NCBI GenBank assembly: GCA_041652755.1
Contig: JBAZGS010000006.1
Location: 6,443 to 70,442 of the forward strand
DNA: 64,000 nt
Direction of reading: 5' to 3'
Source of the DNA: Candidatus Nanoarchaeia archaeon
Lineage (GTDB): Archaea > Nanobdellota > Nanobdellia > Tiddalikarchaeales > Tiddalikarchaeaceae
Part shown: piece by piece, positions 19,006 to 27,702 of the stretch
Layout: each line of letters opens with the position of its first letter
Numbering within the stretch: the stretch's first letter is position 1
Notes under the pieces: generated by a model
What the model was told of the DNA's origin: nothing
The model's input: the letters and a program-made list of their open reading frames with translations, nothing else
Databases searched by the model: none
Translations under genes and position numbers: made by a program

Positions 19006-19467
19006 TTATAAATCTTCAAAAATCATGCTTACAAATAATGTTTTGAAATTGTTTTTTTCATAAAAGCTCATTAAATCGCGAGGGCTTACTGAATCAGCGA
19101 GCACTATTATTTTTGAATTGCCGTGCTTTTTTAGCTCTTCTTTGCAGGCAGTGACAAGTTTTGTGCCTATGCCTTTTTTTCTGTGGCTTTTTTTAATATA
19201 AATTGAGTCAAGTTCTGCATAAGTTTCGCCTTTTTTTAATCTATACATAATAGTGTTTTCTGTTGATTTCTTGATTTTACACATTAAAAAGCCAATAATT
19301 TCTTTCCCTTCTTTTGCAATAAATGTAGTTGATTTGCTTAGCTGCTCTTTAAATTCATTGAAAGTGATTGGAATGGTTTTTGGCGAGACTTTTTCAGCAG
19401 CCCAAGTAGTGTATAGATTAAATAGCTCTTTTGTATCCACTTTGTCATTGGCTACTATTATTTCCAT
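19006..19467 (-). CDS. GNAT-family N-acetyltransferase
   Basis: Acetyl-CoA-binding motif HRKKGIGTKLV (Q/RxxGxG/A). Length 153 aa. Confidence 0.7.
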   Translation of the reverse strand: MEIIVANDKVDTKELFNLYTTWAAEKVSPKTIPITFNEFKEQLSKSTTFIAKEGKEIIGFLMCKIKKSTENTIMYRLKKGETYAELDSIYIKKSHRKKGIGTKLVTACKEELKKHGNSKIIVLADSVSPRDLMSFYEKNNFKTLFVSMIFEDL

Positions 19468-19506
19468 GAATTAATTAAAGATTCATTTATTTAAAAAAAA
19501 ATGGTT

Positions 19507-19640
19507 TCCCGCGGGGCAGAGTCGAACCGCCAACCTTCCGGTGTCTGCTATACGGCATATCATTGAAGCCATAAGGGCTATTCTCATGCCATGACTATAA
19601 TTATCTACAGCCAGACGCACCACCATTGTGCTACCGCGGG
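19507..19640 (-). tRNA. tRNA-Tyr (anticodon GTA) with an approximately 60-nt intron at 37/38
   Basis: Hand-folded. Acceptor CCCGCGG/CCGCGGG with the C1:G72 pair typical of archaeal tRNA-Tyr. D-stem GCAC/GTGC. Anticodon stem TCTGG/CCGGA with loop CTGTAGA. T-arm GGCGG-TTCGACT-CTGCC. Discriminator A. TATA-like TTTAAATATT lies about 20-30 nt upstream. Confidence 0.85.
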
Positions 19641-19911
19641 GCAAATAAACTAATATTTAAAGAGCTTGTTTGTTTTTTAAAATTAACGAAAAATATAAAA
19701 ATACCTGATTTTATCTTTAAGTTTTATGAATAAAGTTAGTTCGAATGGTTTTGGATTGGCTGCATTCAGGTTTTTCTTTTTTTATTGAAATAAGCAATAA
19801 TCAATGTTGCTTATGAGAAAAAAATTCTACTTATTAGAAATTTTTTTATGGGCAGCTAAAAAAAGAAAAAACTATGGTTAAAAAAAATTGTGTGGTGAAA
19901 AATAAAAATGA

Positions 19912-20349
19912 TTGAAACAAAGAAACGAGTTGAGTGCTCCTTTAGAGAGTAAGTTAGAGTCAACTTTTGAAAAGAATACAAAATTAACTCTTCCGGGAAA
20001 ATATTTCTGGAATGATGAAATCAAAGAGATTAATTTAAGAATTAATATCTATAAAATAAACGGCTATTTGATTCCTGTTTATAATAACAAGGTTTTAACA
20101 CCTGAATATTATGACAAAGTTTATTCAATAAGTAAACTTAATCAGGGAATATGCGAACCCTTGGATTCAAACGAGATTCTTGAATGCCTTTGGGATATGC
20201 CTAAAGACTTGTTCATTATTAGTGACCATGGTCCAAGAATAAGCGTTGCAGAGGACTTAAATAGGCTTTCTAAAAGATTGAAAAAAGAAATGCTAGAAAG
20301 GGATTGGAATAATTTGGCAATGCAATGGTATAATAAGGGATTAATTTAG
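19912..20349 (+). CDS. Hypothetical protein (would need a TTG start)
   Basis: Open frame with no in-frame ATG near the 5' end. Coding status uncertain. Confidence 0.2.
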   Translation: MKQRNELSAPLESKLESTFEKNTKLTLPGKYFWNDEIKEINLRINIYKINGYLIPVYNNKVLTPEYYDKVYSISKLNQGICEPLDSNEILECLWDMPKDLFIISDHGPRISVAEDLNRLSKRLKKEMLERDWNNLAMQWYNKGLI

Positions 20350-21644
20350 TGAATTAATCCAGTTAAGCTTGAAAATATTAGTGATTGTATTGCATTGCTG
20401 ATTAAATCAAGCTTTATCAAATAAGGAACTGTGAATGCTATGTCTGTTTGCTCTTTTCCAATGCACTCGCATAGCTCATAGTTGCTTTTTAATACACAAA
20501 CCCTTGTTTTGTAGATGTTTTCCAAAGGATTATTTGTTATTTCAGAGGCAATGTTAGAGATTTCATCCTCATAGCTTATTGCCGCTATAAATGAAATATT
20601 ATTAACAGTAACAGTTCTTATCATGTCTGAAATAATATAAGTGCCTGTTTTTTCAAAGATTGTTTTGTTAATCAATGAATTATTTAATGATGCGGGTTTA
20701 ATGTCTGACTGGTTCAAAGATTCAAGCAATGCTGAAGTTTTCATGCAGCCCTCAGGCAAAGGAGCTGTTGTTAAAAATGAGAAATCAAAGGCATCACTGA
20801 AAGAAGCGATTGTTTCTTCATTTATGTTGTTTGCTAAAAAAATTAGCAGAAACAATGAAGCAAGTATTCCAATTGAGAATAAGGGTTTTTTGTATAGTAT
20901 TGAAAGATGGTTTTTTGATTCAGTTATTTCGTTTATTCTCCCTGTGTAAGCATCAATGATTGCTTCTTTTGAGCCTGATAATTTTGCTGTCCAATAATCA
21001 ACCTGCTTAGTCAATGATATTATTGAGTATTTCTTCATGCCTTTTTTTTCAAGCTCTTCTTTTAGCTTATTCTTTATATCATCTTGCGTTAATTCTTCAG
21101 GGGATATTTTTTCATCTTCCAGCGCTTTTGTAATCTTTGCAACCTGTATTTTCAGCTCTTTTAAATCGTTCATTATTGCATTCAAATCCATCTTAGTTGC
21201 GTAATTATTCTTAACCTCAAAAGCTGTTGAGATGAAAGACATTAATATGAAGCATATGAAAGCCACTGCTAAGCTGGTTAAGTATTCTAAAAAGATGAAA
21301 TCAATCCCTATGTAATCCTTTAATATTAAGCCTCCGAAGAAAGAGACAATGCCTAATATAACAGTCCCTATTATTTGGAATATCAAGTTTTTTCTGCCTT
21401 TCCATCCCTTAAATGCAATATTTCCATAATATAAGCAAATTGCAAAAAAAGCGATTTTTTTTACAACAAGCATTATTAGTGAAATTATTGAGATTATTTG
21501 GGATAATTCCATAATTATTATAAAAAGGCAAGACTTTAAAAGATTTTTAATATTAAATATTACTTGTTGAATACTATGGCCCTGTGGATTTTGTCTTTTT
21601 TTACTGGATTGCTCGTTATAATCTGCCTTTATTTCGCGCTTCAT
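20346..21644 (-). CDS. Hypothetical multi-pass membrane protein with a central coiled coil and a C-terminal extracytoplasmic domain
   Basis: Several TM helices, a K/E-rich coiled segment (KELKIQVAKITKALEDEK...) and a C-terminal Cys pair. No known motif. Confidence 0.3.
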   Translation of the reverse strand: MKREIKADYNEQSSKKRQNPQGHSIQQVIFNIKNLLKSCLFIIIMELSQIISIISLIMLVVKKIAFFAICLYYGNIAFKGWKGRKNLIFQIIGTVILGIVSFFGGLILKDYIGIDFIFLEYLTSLAVAFICFILMSFISTAFEVKNNYATKMDLNAIMNDLKELKIQVAKITKALEDEKISPEELTQDDIKNKLKEELEKKGMKKYSIISLTKQVDYWTAKLSGSKEAIIDAYTGRINEITESKNHLSILYKKPLFSIGILASLFLLIFLANNINEETIASFSDAFDFSFLTTAPLPEGCMKTSALLESLNQSDIKPASLNNSLINKTIFEKTGTYIISDMIRTVTVNNISFIAAISYEDEISNIASEITNNPLENIYKTRVCVLKSNYELCECIGKEQTDIAFTVPYLIKLDLISNAIQSLIFSSLTGLIH

Positions 21645-21863
21645 ATTGCCAATATGAAATTAAGAATCAGTTCAGTAATCGTTCTTTTGCTGCTTTTAAT
21701 TGGGGAAACTTTTGATGTTTTGGCTGAATTAGTGCTTAACCAGTTCATGCTTTTGATTGCTGAAACTATGGAATTTTTTGTTGTATTAGGGTTCTTTGTC
21801 ATGTCATATTATATTTACCAAAAGAAGGAGAAGCTTTCAAAAAAGAGGAGGAAGAAAAGATGA
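21564..21863 (+). CDS. Small two-TM membrane protein with a polybasic tail
   Basis: Two hydrophobic helices and a C-terminal KKEKLSKKRRKKR. The stop overlaps the DHH gene start (ATGA). Confidence 0.25.
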   Translation: MLNTMALWILSFFTGLLVIICLYFALHIANMKLRISSVIVLLLLLIGETFDVLAELVLNQFMLLIAETMEFFVVLGFFVMSYYIYQKKEKLSKKRRKKR

Positions 21864-22936
21864 CTTTAAAGGATTTGATTATTAATGCAAAAAAAATATC
21901 ATTGGTTTTTGACTTGGACACGGATGGGGTTTGCAGCGCAAAAATAGTTTTTGAAGCAGTTAACAGGATGCAAAAAGAGGTAAGCGATTTTTTTCCGAGC
22001 GCTTCAGGAAACTTGAATGATGAGTCATTGATTAATGGTTTAAAAAACGCTGAACCTGATTTGATTATAATTGTTGATGATGAGGTAAGGAAAGATTGCT
22101 TGATTGTCAAGAATTTCGATTGCAATATCTTAGTGATTGACCATCATAGCATTCAGGATTTGCCTATTGGAAAAAATATTCATTATTTTAACCCAAAAAT
22201 TGAAGGGAATTTATCATACATTCCTGCTTCTAAATATTGCTTTGATTTGTTTTCAAAAATTGTCGACATCAGCGACCTTGATTGGGTTAGCGCTGTTGGG
22301 ATAATAAGCGACAGCGGAGCAATTCATCACAAAGAGTTTTTGAAAAAAGTCTTTGAAAAATATTCACAGGAAATAAAGGAAGACGCTGATTATTTGTCCG
22401 ACTCATTCTTCGGCTACTTAGGGGATATAATTAACACTGGAAAGATTGTGAAAGGAAATGACGGCGCATTAATGGCTTTAAGGGTTTTGAAGGATTCATC
22501 AACTCCTAAAGATTTTTTACAGAACGCTTACGAGCTAAGGCAGTTATGCGATGATGTTAATTCTTACTTGAAGGAGATAAGCTTAGATTTTGAGTCAAAG
22601 AAGGAATTTTATGAAAACCTTGATTTGTATTTTTACACATTCAACCCCAAGTACAAGATTGGCTCAGTATTGTCCACTGTTGTCAGCTTCAAGCATCCTG
22701 ATAAGACAGTAGTTATTTTTTCAAAGAAATCAAAAATAATAAGCATTAGCTATAGAAGGCAGGATAAATTGGTTGACATGAATCAGCTGGCAAGGCAAAG
22801 CATTAAAGGGCTTAAGTCTGCAGGAGGAGGAGGGCATGTGCCTGCTGCAGGAGGGCATGTGCAGGCAAAGGATTTGAATATTTTGAAAAGGAATATTATT
22901 ACTACTTTGAAGAAGATGTTGGATAAAAAAATTTGA
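21860..22936 (+). CDS. DHH/DHHA1-family phosphoesterase (RecJ/NrnA-like)
   Basis: DHH motif LVIDHHS, plus the aspartates DLDTDGV and IVDDE, and a DHHA1 GGGH motif (SAGGGGHVPAAGGH). Confidence 0.7.
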   Translation: MTLKDLIINAKKISLVFDLDTDGVCSAKIVFEAVNRMQKEVSDFFPSASGNLNDESLINGLKNAEPDLIIIVDDEVRKDCLIVKNFDCNILVIDHHSIQDLPIGKNIHYFNPKIEGNLSYIPASKYCFDLFSKIVDISDLDWVSAVGIISDSGAIHHKEFLKKVFEKYSQEIKEDADYLSDSFFGYLGDIINTGKIVKGNDGALMALRVLKDSSTPKDFLQNAYELRQLCDDVNSYLKEISLDFESKKEFYENLDLYFYTFNPKYKIGSVLSTVVSFKHPDKTVVIFSKKSKIISISYRRQDKLVDMNQLARQSIKGLKSAGGGGHVPAAGGHVQAKDLNILKRNIITTLKKMLDKKI

Positions 22937-23834
22937 AGATTCTTTCTTTCAGCTCATCTATACCTTCCAATGTTTTGCATGACACGTTTAAGTCAGCTGA
23001 TTCATCCCTGCTTAAATCGCACTTGTTGTTTATTATAATCATTTCTTTGTCAGGGAATAATTCCTTTATTTTTTCAAATAGTCTTTTCTGGTCATTCATG
23101 GTGTAGCCGCTTGCTTGGCTGGAATCAAAAACAAATAAGATTATATCAGCCAAGTGCTTAAGAGCAATTATTGCCTTCATTTCTATCTTGTTTATTTTTT
23201 CAAAAGGCCTTTCCAGCAATCCTGGAGTGTCAACTATTTGGATTTTTTGGTTGTTCATTCTCATTATTCCAATATTTATTGATTTTGTTGTGAAGGGATA
23301 GCTGTTTATTTCAGGCTTGCTGTCTGTTATCTTAGTTAATATGCTTGATTTTCCAACATTGGGAAAGCCTGTGAGCAGCGCTGTTTTTAGGTTTTTTATG
23401 CTTGGAAATTTTGCCAAATGAGCTCTGGCTTTTTTCAAAAACTCTAAATCTTTAGAGATTTGCTTTAATACATCCTTGCTTCTTCCGAAAAAAACCATTA
23501 AAGGTATGTCTCTTTTTTTAAATGAGTAATAAAGCTTTTTTATCATTGACCTTGACCAATTAATGGCCCCTAAGTGCTTTTTGTAGTCATCAATGCTTAT
23601 TGCTGATTCCATTAATTCCTGGTAAAATTTTGAAACCTTGTCAGTGTCAGGGAAATGGGTTATTATTGCGCTTAATTGGCTGTAAATTGATTCATAAAAC
23701 CTTTTTGCCTTGATTATTGTGATTAATTTTTTTCTTTCTCCAAAGGTTAGTTTTCCACTTAGCACTATTTTTTTTGTTGAGCTGTATGCTGTGTCAAAAT
23801 AAAACATGTAATCAGCAACTGAAGGTATGTTCAT
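22902..23834 (-). CDS. NOG1-family GTP-binding protein
   Basis: N-terminal NOG1-like helical domain, then G1 GFPNVGKSS, G3 DTPG and G4 NKCD. Confidence 0.65.
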   Translation of the reverse strand: MNIPSVADYMFYFDTAYSSTKKIVLSGKLTFGERKKLITIIKAKRFYESIYSQLSAIITHFPDTDKVSKFYQELMESAISIDDYKKHLGAINWSRSMIKKLYYSFKKRDIPLMVFFGRSKDVLKQISKDLEFLKKARAHLAKFPSIKNLKTALLTGFPNVGKSSILTKITDSKPEINSYPFTTKSINIGIMRMNNQKIQIVDTPGLLERPFEKINKIEMKAIIALKHLADIILFVFDSSQASGYTMNDQKRLFEKIKELFPDKEMIIINNKCDLSRDESADLNVSCKTLEGIDELKERIFKFFYPTSSSK

Positions 23835-23868
23835 AAGATTTAAAAGAGGCTTTGAATATTAATAAGTT

Positions 23869-24123
23869 ATGGATTATGAAATTGATTATGAAAAAATAAA
23901 AAAAGAGCTTGCAAAAAACAATGCTAAAAGGGTTTTGGTCCAATTGCCTGACGGATTAAAGAAGGATTATGCAACTATTGAGAATAATTTAAAAGGGGAT
24001 TATGAATTGTTTTTTTGGCTTGGAAGCTGCTATGGAGCCTGCGATATGCCCACTTATGTTAAGGATTACGGGTTTGATTACATTGTTCACTTTGGGCATT
24101 TAAAATTCGTAAAAGAGGACTAA
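23869..24123 (+). pseudogene. dph2: N-terminal fragment (84 aa) of Dph2, the radical-SAM 2-(3-amino-3-carboxypropyl)histidine synthase; truncated or split
   Basis: AKRVLVQLPDGLKKDYATIENNLKGDYELFFWLGSCYGACDMPTYVKDYGFDYIVHFGHLKF is collinear with the first Dph2 domain (GAKRVLIQSPEGL...YGACD...DALIHLGHS). The frame stops here and rnhB starts 5 nt later. Domains 2 and 3, with two of the three Fe-S cysteines, are absent. Confidence 0.55.
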
Positions 24124-24128
24124 AAATA

Positions 24129-24776
24129 ATGGCTAAGATTTGCGGTATTGATGAGGCTGGCAAGGGCCCTGTTGTTGGAGATTTGGTTGTTTGCGGAGTT
24201 TTAACAGGGGTTTATAATGATTTTGATGGGTTAGGTTTTGACAGCAAAAAACTTAGCCCTAAAAAAAGGGAGGAGTTGTTTTTGAAAATAAAAGAAAAAG
24301 CAAGCAGTTATGCGCTTAGGAATATTAGCGCTAAAGAAATTGATTCAAAGAATTCGCAAGGCTGCAATTTGAACACTTTAGAGTTCATGAAAATGGCAGA
24401 GATTATCAATGAATTGAATGCTGATGTTGCATACATTGACTGCCCTCATCCAATACCTGAAAAATTTAAGGCAGAATTATTGGGGTATTTGAATAATAAG
24501 AATGTCAAGATTATTGCTGAGCACAAGGCTGACTTCAAGTATTCAATAGTTGGCGCTGCAAGCATACTCGCAAAGGTCACAAGGGATGCAATGGTAAAAA
24601 AGCTTGAAAATGATTATAATGTTAAAATCGGCAGCGGGTACCCTGCTGACCCCAATACTATAAGGTTTGTCGGAGAATTTTTGAACGGCGAGCATGATGA
24701 ATTGGATGAGTTTGTCAGGCATTCTTGGAGCACAATTAAATCCAAAATGGATAAATCGCAAACGAGGCTAATTTAA
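24129..24776 (+). CDS. rnhB: Ribonuclease HII
   Basis: GIDEAGKGPVVGDLVV (DEAG catalytic motif) and the DSK motif. Confidence 0.85.
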   Translation: MAKICGIDEAGKGPVVGDLVVCGVLTGVYNDFDGLGFDSKKLSPKKREELFLKIKEKASSYALRNISAKEIDSKNSQGCNLNTLEFMKMAEIINELNADVAYIDCPHPIPEKFKAELLGYLNNKNVKIIAEHKADFKYSIVGAASILAKVTRDAMVKKLENDYNVKIGSGYPADPNTIRFVGEFLNGEHDELDEFVRHSWSTIKSKMDKSQTRLI

Positions 24777-24777
24777 A

Positions 24778-25710
24778 TTGATAATTGATGCCTTGAAATC
24801 ATTGCTTGGAAAAGACAGCTTTATGCCCTACAATGATAGTTTAGCTGGCAAAGAGGTTAATAAAAATAATTTCACAATAATTAATGAAAAAAATTCCTGC
24901 AACATTGTTTGTATTGACGGCGGATGCGCCACAATTGCTGATGGAGGCTCTTGGATTATTGCAAAAATCAAGGTTGGAATTGTTGAATATGCGGGTTTAA
25001 AAAAGATAAAACAGGAATCAAAAGAGTATTATTTAATAATTGTTGCAAAAGATTGCTATGAACTGCTTGTTTATCAGAATAATAAAAGCTATGAATTAAA
25101 GCTTAAGGGCATTGATTCAATCAAGATTGAAGAATTGGCTTCAAAAATCATGAAATATTTTGAATGGAGCGCATGCTTGGAGCTAAAAAATGACTGCTTA
25201 ATACTTATGGATTCAGCGCTTAATGCTGAGACTGATTTTGAAAAAGAATTGGTTAAAAAAGCCTTGGATAATAAGCTTAAAATTGTTGGTTTTTGCAAGA
25301 CTTCAAGGATGAGAACTCTAAGCGGCAGAAGCTTGCTTGGATTGATTAACAGCATTAGCCCTAATAATTCTGAATGGTTTTATCACCCTATTTTTGAAGA
25401 TGAAAAATTAATAAAAACATTTGCTGCAAAATTAGGCAAAACTTCAAAATTTTGCTACAAAGTTGAGCTTCCTATGTATTTAGACCATTCTATAATATTT
25501 AAGTCATTGTCTTTTTTTTCCAAAGATTCTGAAATGCCAGGCTATCCTTATCCTTTATTTAAAGCAGACAAAATAGCTAGGATTAATTCATTTGAACTTA
25601 AAAAAGACTTATTTACTATTGAAAAAGAATTAAAAAAAAGTGATTTATTCTTTGATTCATTATCTAATAGTTTTCATTCTAAAATGGATGAAAAAATGTA
25701 TAAAAAATAA
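24778..25710 (+). CDS. nurA: NurA 5'-3' nuclease
   Basis: Collinear with Sulfolobus NurA: VCIDGG (VAIDGGS), LILMDSAL (YILMDGSL), KTSRMRTL (KVSRGRDL), and C-terminal GYPYPLFKADKIARI (GYPFPLLKAHMDVRF). Confidence 0.8.
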   Translation: MIIDALKSLLGKDSFMPYNDSLAGKEVNKNNFTIINEKNSCNIVCIDGGCATIADGGSWIIAKIKVGIVEYAGLKKIKQESKEYYLIIVAKDCYELLVYQNNKSYELKLKGIDSIKIEELASKIMKYFEWSACLELKNDCLILMDSALNAETDFEKELVKKALDNKLKIVGFCKTSRMRTLSGRSLLGLINSISPNNSEWFYHPIFEDEKLIKTFAAKLGKTSKFCYKVELPMYLDHSIIFKSLSFFSKDSEMPGYPYPLFKADKIARINSFELKKDLFTIEKELKKSDLFFDSLSNSFHSKMDEKMYKK

Positions 25711-25714
25711 TTAA

Positions 25715-26041
25715 TTATTTGAGTAACCCTTCCATTGTTCCTGTACTAATTATTTTTTGAGCACTTTCTTTAGTTATTATTTCATCACACATTTCACTAT
25801 ATGCAGATACCATTAAACCATTTAAATAATCTTTATTTATTATGTTTATTTTGTATTTTATTCCGTTAATTTGTGTATGATCAATTATTCCAACTGCAAA
25901 ACCTATTGAGGGTGCAGTCATAACTGGAACATCTCTACCTAAAGAATTATATTTATTAACAAGTCCACAAAATTGACTGAAAATATTTTCTGGAACTATT
26001 ACTCCTACAGTTTTTATTTCATTTGTTTGCACAATATTCAT
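25715..26041 (-). CDS. Hypothetical small beta-rich protein
   Basis: Open frame of 108 aa on the opposite strand, between nurA and herA. No motif recognised. Confidence 0.3.
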   Translation of the reverse strand: MNIVQTNEIKTVGVIVPENIFSQFCGLVNKYNSLGRDVPVMTAPSIGFAVGIIDHTQINGIKYKINIINKDYLNGLMVSAYSEMCDEIITKESAQKIISTGTMEGLLK

Positions 26042-26166
26042 AACAATAAATTTGAAAAAATTCTCTTTAAAAATGTTTTTACTACTAAGTAGTTAATTTT
26101 TTAGTTAAAAAAATATGAGAACCCTTATACAAAGCATTAAAAATTTATTCATTATTCTATTACTTT

Positions 26167-27702
26167 ATGACTATAGGCCACATCATTGGAGGACGCGTTG
26201 GAGAGCACTTATTAATAAGATTAAAAAATGACTCCAATGTAAATGTGGGGGATTTGTTAATCTGCCAAGACAAAGGCTTAACTTTTTATTTGAAAATAAT
26301 AGACAAATTAATCTCATCATCAATTCCTTCGCAGTTTATTGAGGAAATGAGCGGCCAAGAATTAGAGCTTGATAAAGAGGTTGAATTATTTGATGAGAAA
26401 GAAAGGTTTTATCCTTTGGCTTATGCCAAAATATTAAGAGTGAAATCTGATAATTTTTCATTCGCAAGAACTATTCCTTCGTTTTTTTCAAAAGTAAGAA
26501 AAATAGAATCACAAGATTTGGAATTTATGAAAAACAATGAAGGAGTTAACATTGGGCATTTAAGAGTTGGAGGTGATTGCCTAAAAGACATTACTGTCAA
26601 GCTTCCTGCAAAGACTTTAGTCAGCCATCACGTTTTAATCAGCGCCGCAACAGGAAAAGGTAAAAGCAATTTCACCAAAGTGTTTGTGAAAGGTTTGATG
26701 GAATCAGATTTTGTTTCATGCCTAATCATTGACCCTCACTGTGAATACTATGGAGGCAAAGGCTTTAAGGGACTGTCAAGCATTAATTCTGACAGGATTG
26801 AATATTTCACACCTAATTGGAAGGATAATTTTAACAGCATTGATTTAAGGATTCATTCAAGCGACTTAGTTCCTGGAGATTTCTTTGGAATAACTGAACT
26901 ATCAGATGCCCAGAAAGAAGCAATGGATGCAATGTATAAAGTATTCAATAATCAATGGGTAAGAACTTTGCTAATAGATGAAACAATTAACACTATTTAT
27001 GAAAAATTAGGCAGGAATGTCAGCCCGGCAACGCTTTATGCCCTGAAAAGAAGAATTAACTACACTTTAGAACTAGAAGACGGCGAAAGAGGATTGGCTT
27101 TTGACTTGAATGAAAGAAGAATATCTAGCATTTTTCAGCTAATACAAGAAGCTGTCTGCAAAGGCAAGATAATAATAATTGACACTTCAATGCTTGGCAG
27201 CGAAGCAGAAAAATTAGTAAGTGCAGCAATTGTTAAAAGAATGTTTAATTTTTACAGGAAATCAAAACAAATTAACCCTGAAGCTTTTAGTAACCTGCCA
27301 GAACTTCTAATAATATTTGAAGAAGCTCCACGAGTGCTAGGGATTGAAGCATTAAGCCATGGAAGCAATGTGTTTGAAAAAATAGCAAGGGAAGGAAGAA
27401 AATTCAAAGTAGGCCTATGCGCAATTACCCAAATGCCAAGCCTTATTCCAAAAGAGATTCTTAGCCAAATGAACACTAAAGTCATTTTGGGCATGCCTTC
27501 GCAGTCCGACAGAAACGCAGTGATTGAATCCAGCTCGCAAAACATCAGCGATGAAGGCCCTGAAATACAAATATTAGACAAAGGGGAAGCAATCATTACA
27601 AGCCCATTCATTGATTTCCCAATGCCTGTTAAGATTTTTAATTTTGATGAATTGGTTAAGAATTCTTCAGTTAAAAAAAATGTTTCAGGTTTAGGGGTAT
27701 GA
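26167..27702 (+). CDS. herA: HerA hexameric DNA helicase/translocase
   Basis: Walker A ISAATGKGKSNFTK and Walker B IIIIDTS. N-terminal HAS barrel. 511 aa, directly upstream of mre11. Confidence 0.85.
   Translation: MTIGHIIGGRVGEHLLIRLKNDSNVNVGDLLICQDKGLTFYLKIIDKLISSSIPSQFIEEMSGQELELDKEVELFDEKERFYPLAYAKILRVKSDNFSFARTIPSFFSKVRKIESQDLEFMKNNEGVNIGHLRVGGDCLKDITVKLPAKTLVSHHVLISAATGKGKSNFTKVFVKGLMESDFVSCLIIDPHCEYYGGKGFKGLSSINSDRIEYFTPNWKDNFNSIDLRIHSSDLVPGDFFGITELSDAQKEAMDAMYKVFNNQWVRTLLIDETINTIYEKLGRNVSPATLYALKRRINYTLELEDGERGLAFDLNERRISSIFQLIQEAVCKGKIIIIDTSMLGSEAEKLVSAAIVKRMFNFYRKSKQINPEAFSNLPELLIIFEEAPRVLGIEALSHGSNVFEKIAREGRKFKVGLCAITQMPSLIPKEILSQMNTKVILGMPSQSDRNAVIESSSQNISDEGPEIQILDKGEAIITSPFIDFPMPVKIFNFDELVKNSSVKKNVSGLGV

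Noticed and set aside
19570-19600. Box C/D sRNA inside the tRNA-Tyr and tRNA-Leu introns
   Set aside because: Only partial C-box-like strings (AATGATAT, GCGATGAAA) are present, with no clear D box (CUGA) or terminal stem. Kept as a low-interest note only.
19735-19770. T-loop-like GTTCGAATGG in the tRNA-Tyr upstream region, considered as a fourth tRNA
   Set aside because: No acceptor, D or anticodon stems could be paired around it. It is an isolated match.
24778-25710. Considered whether this ORF is the missing C-terminal two domains of Dph2 (split gene)
   Set aside because: The sequence is collinear with NurA nuclease motifs (VCIDGG, LILMDS, KTSRMR, GYPYPLFKA) and has no Dph2 domain-2 or domain-3 Cys motifs.
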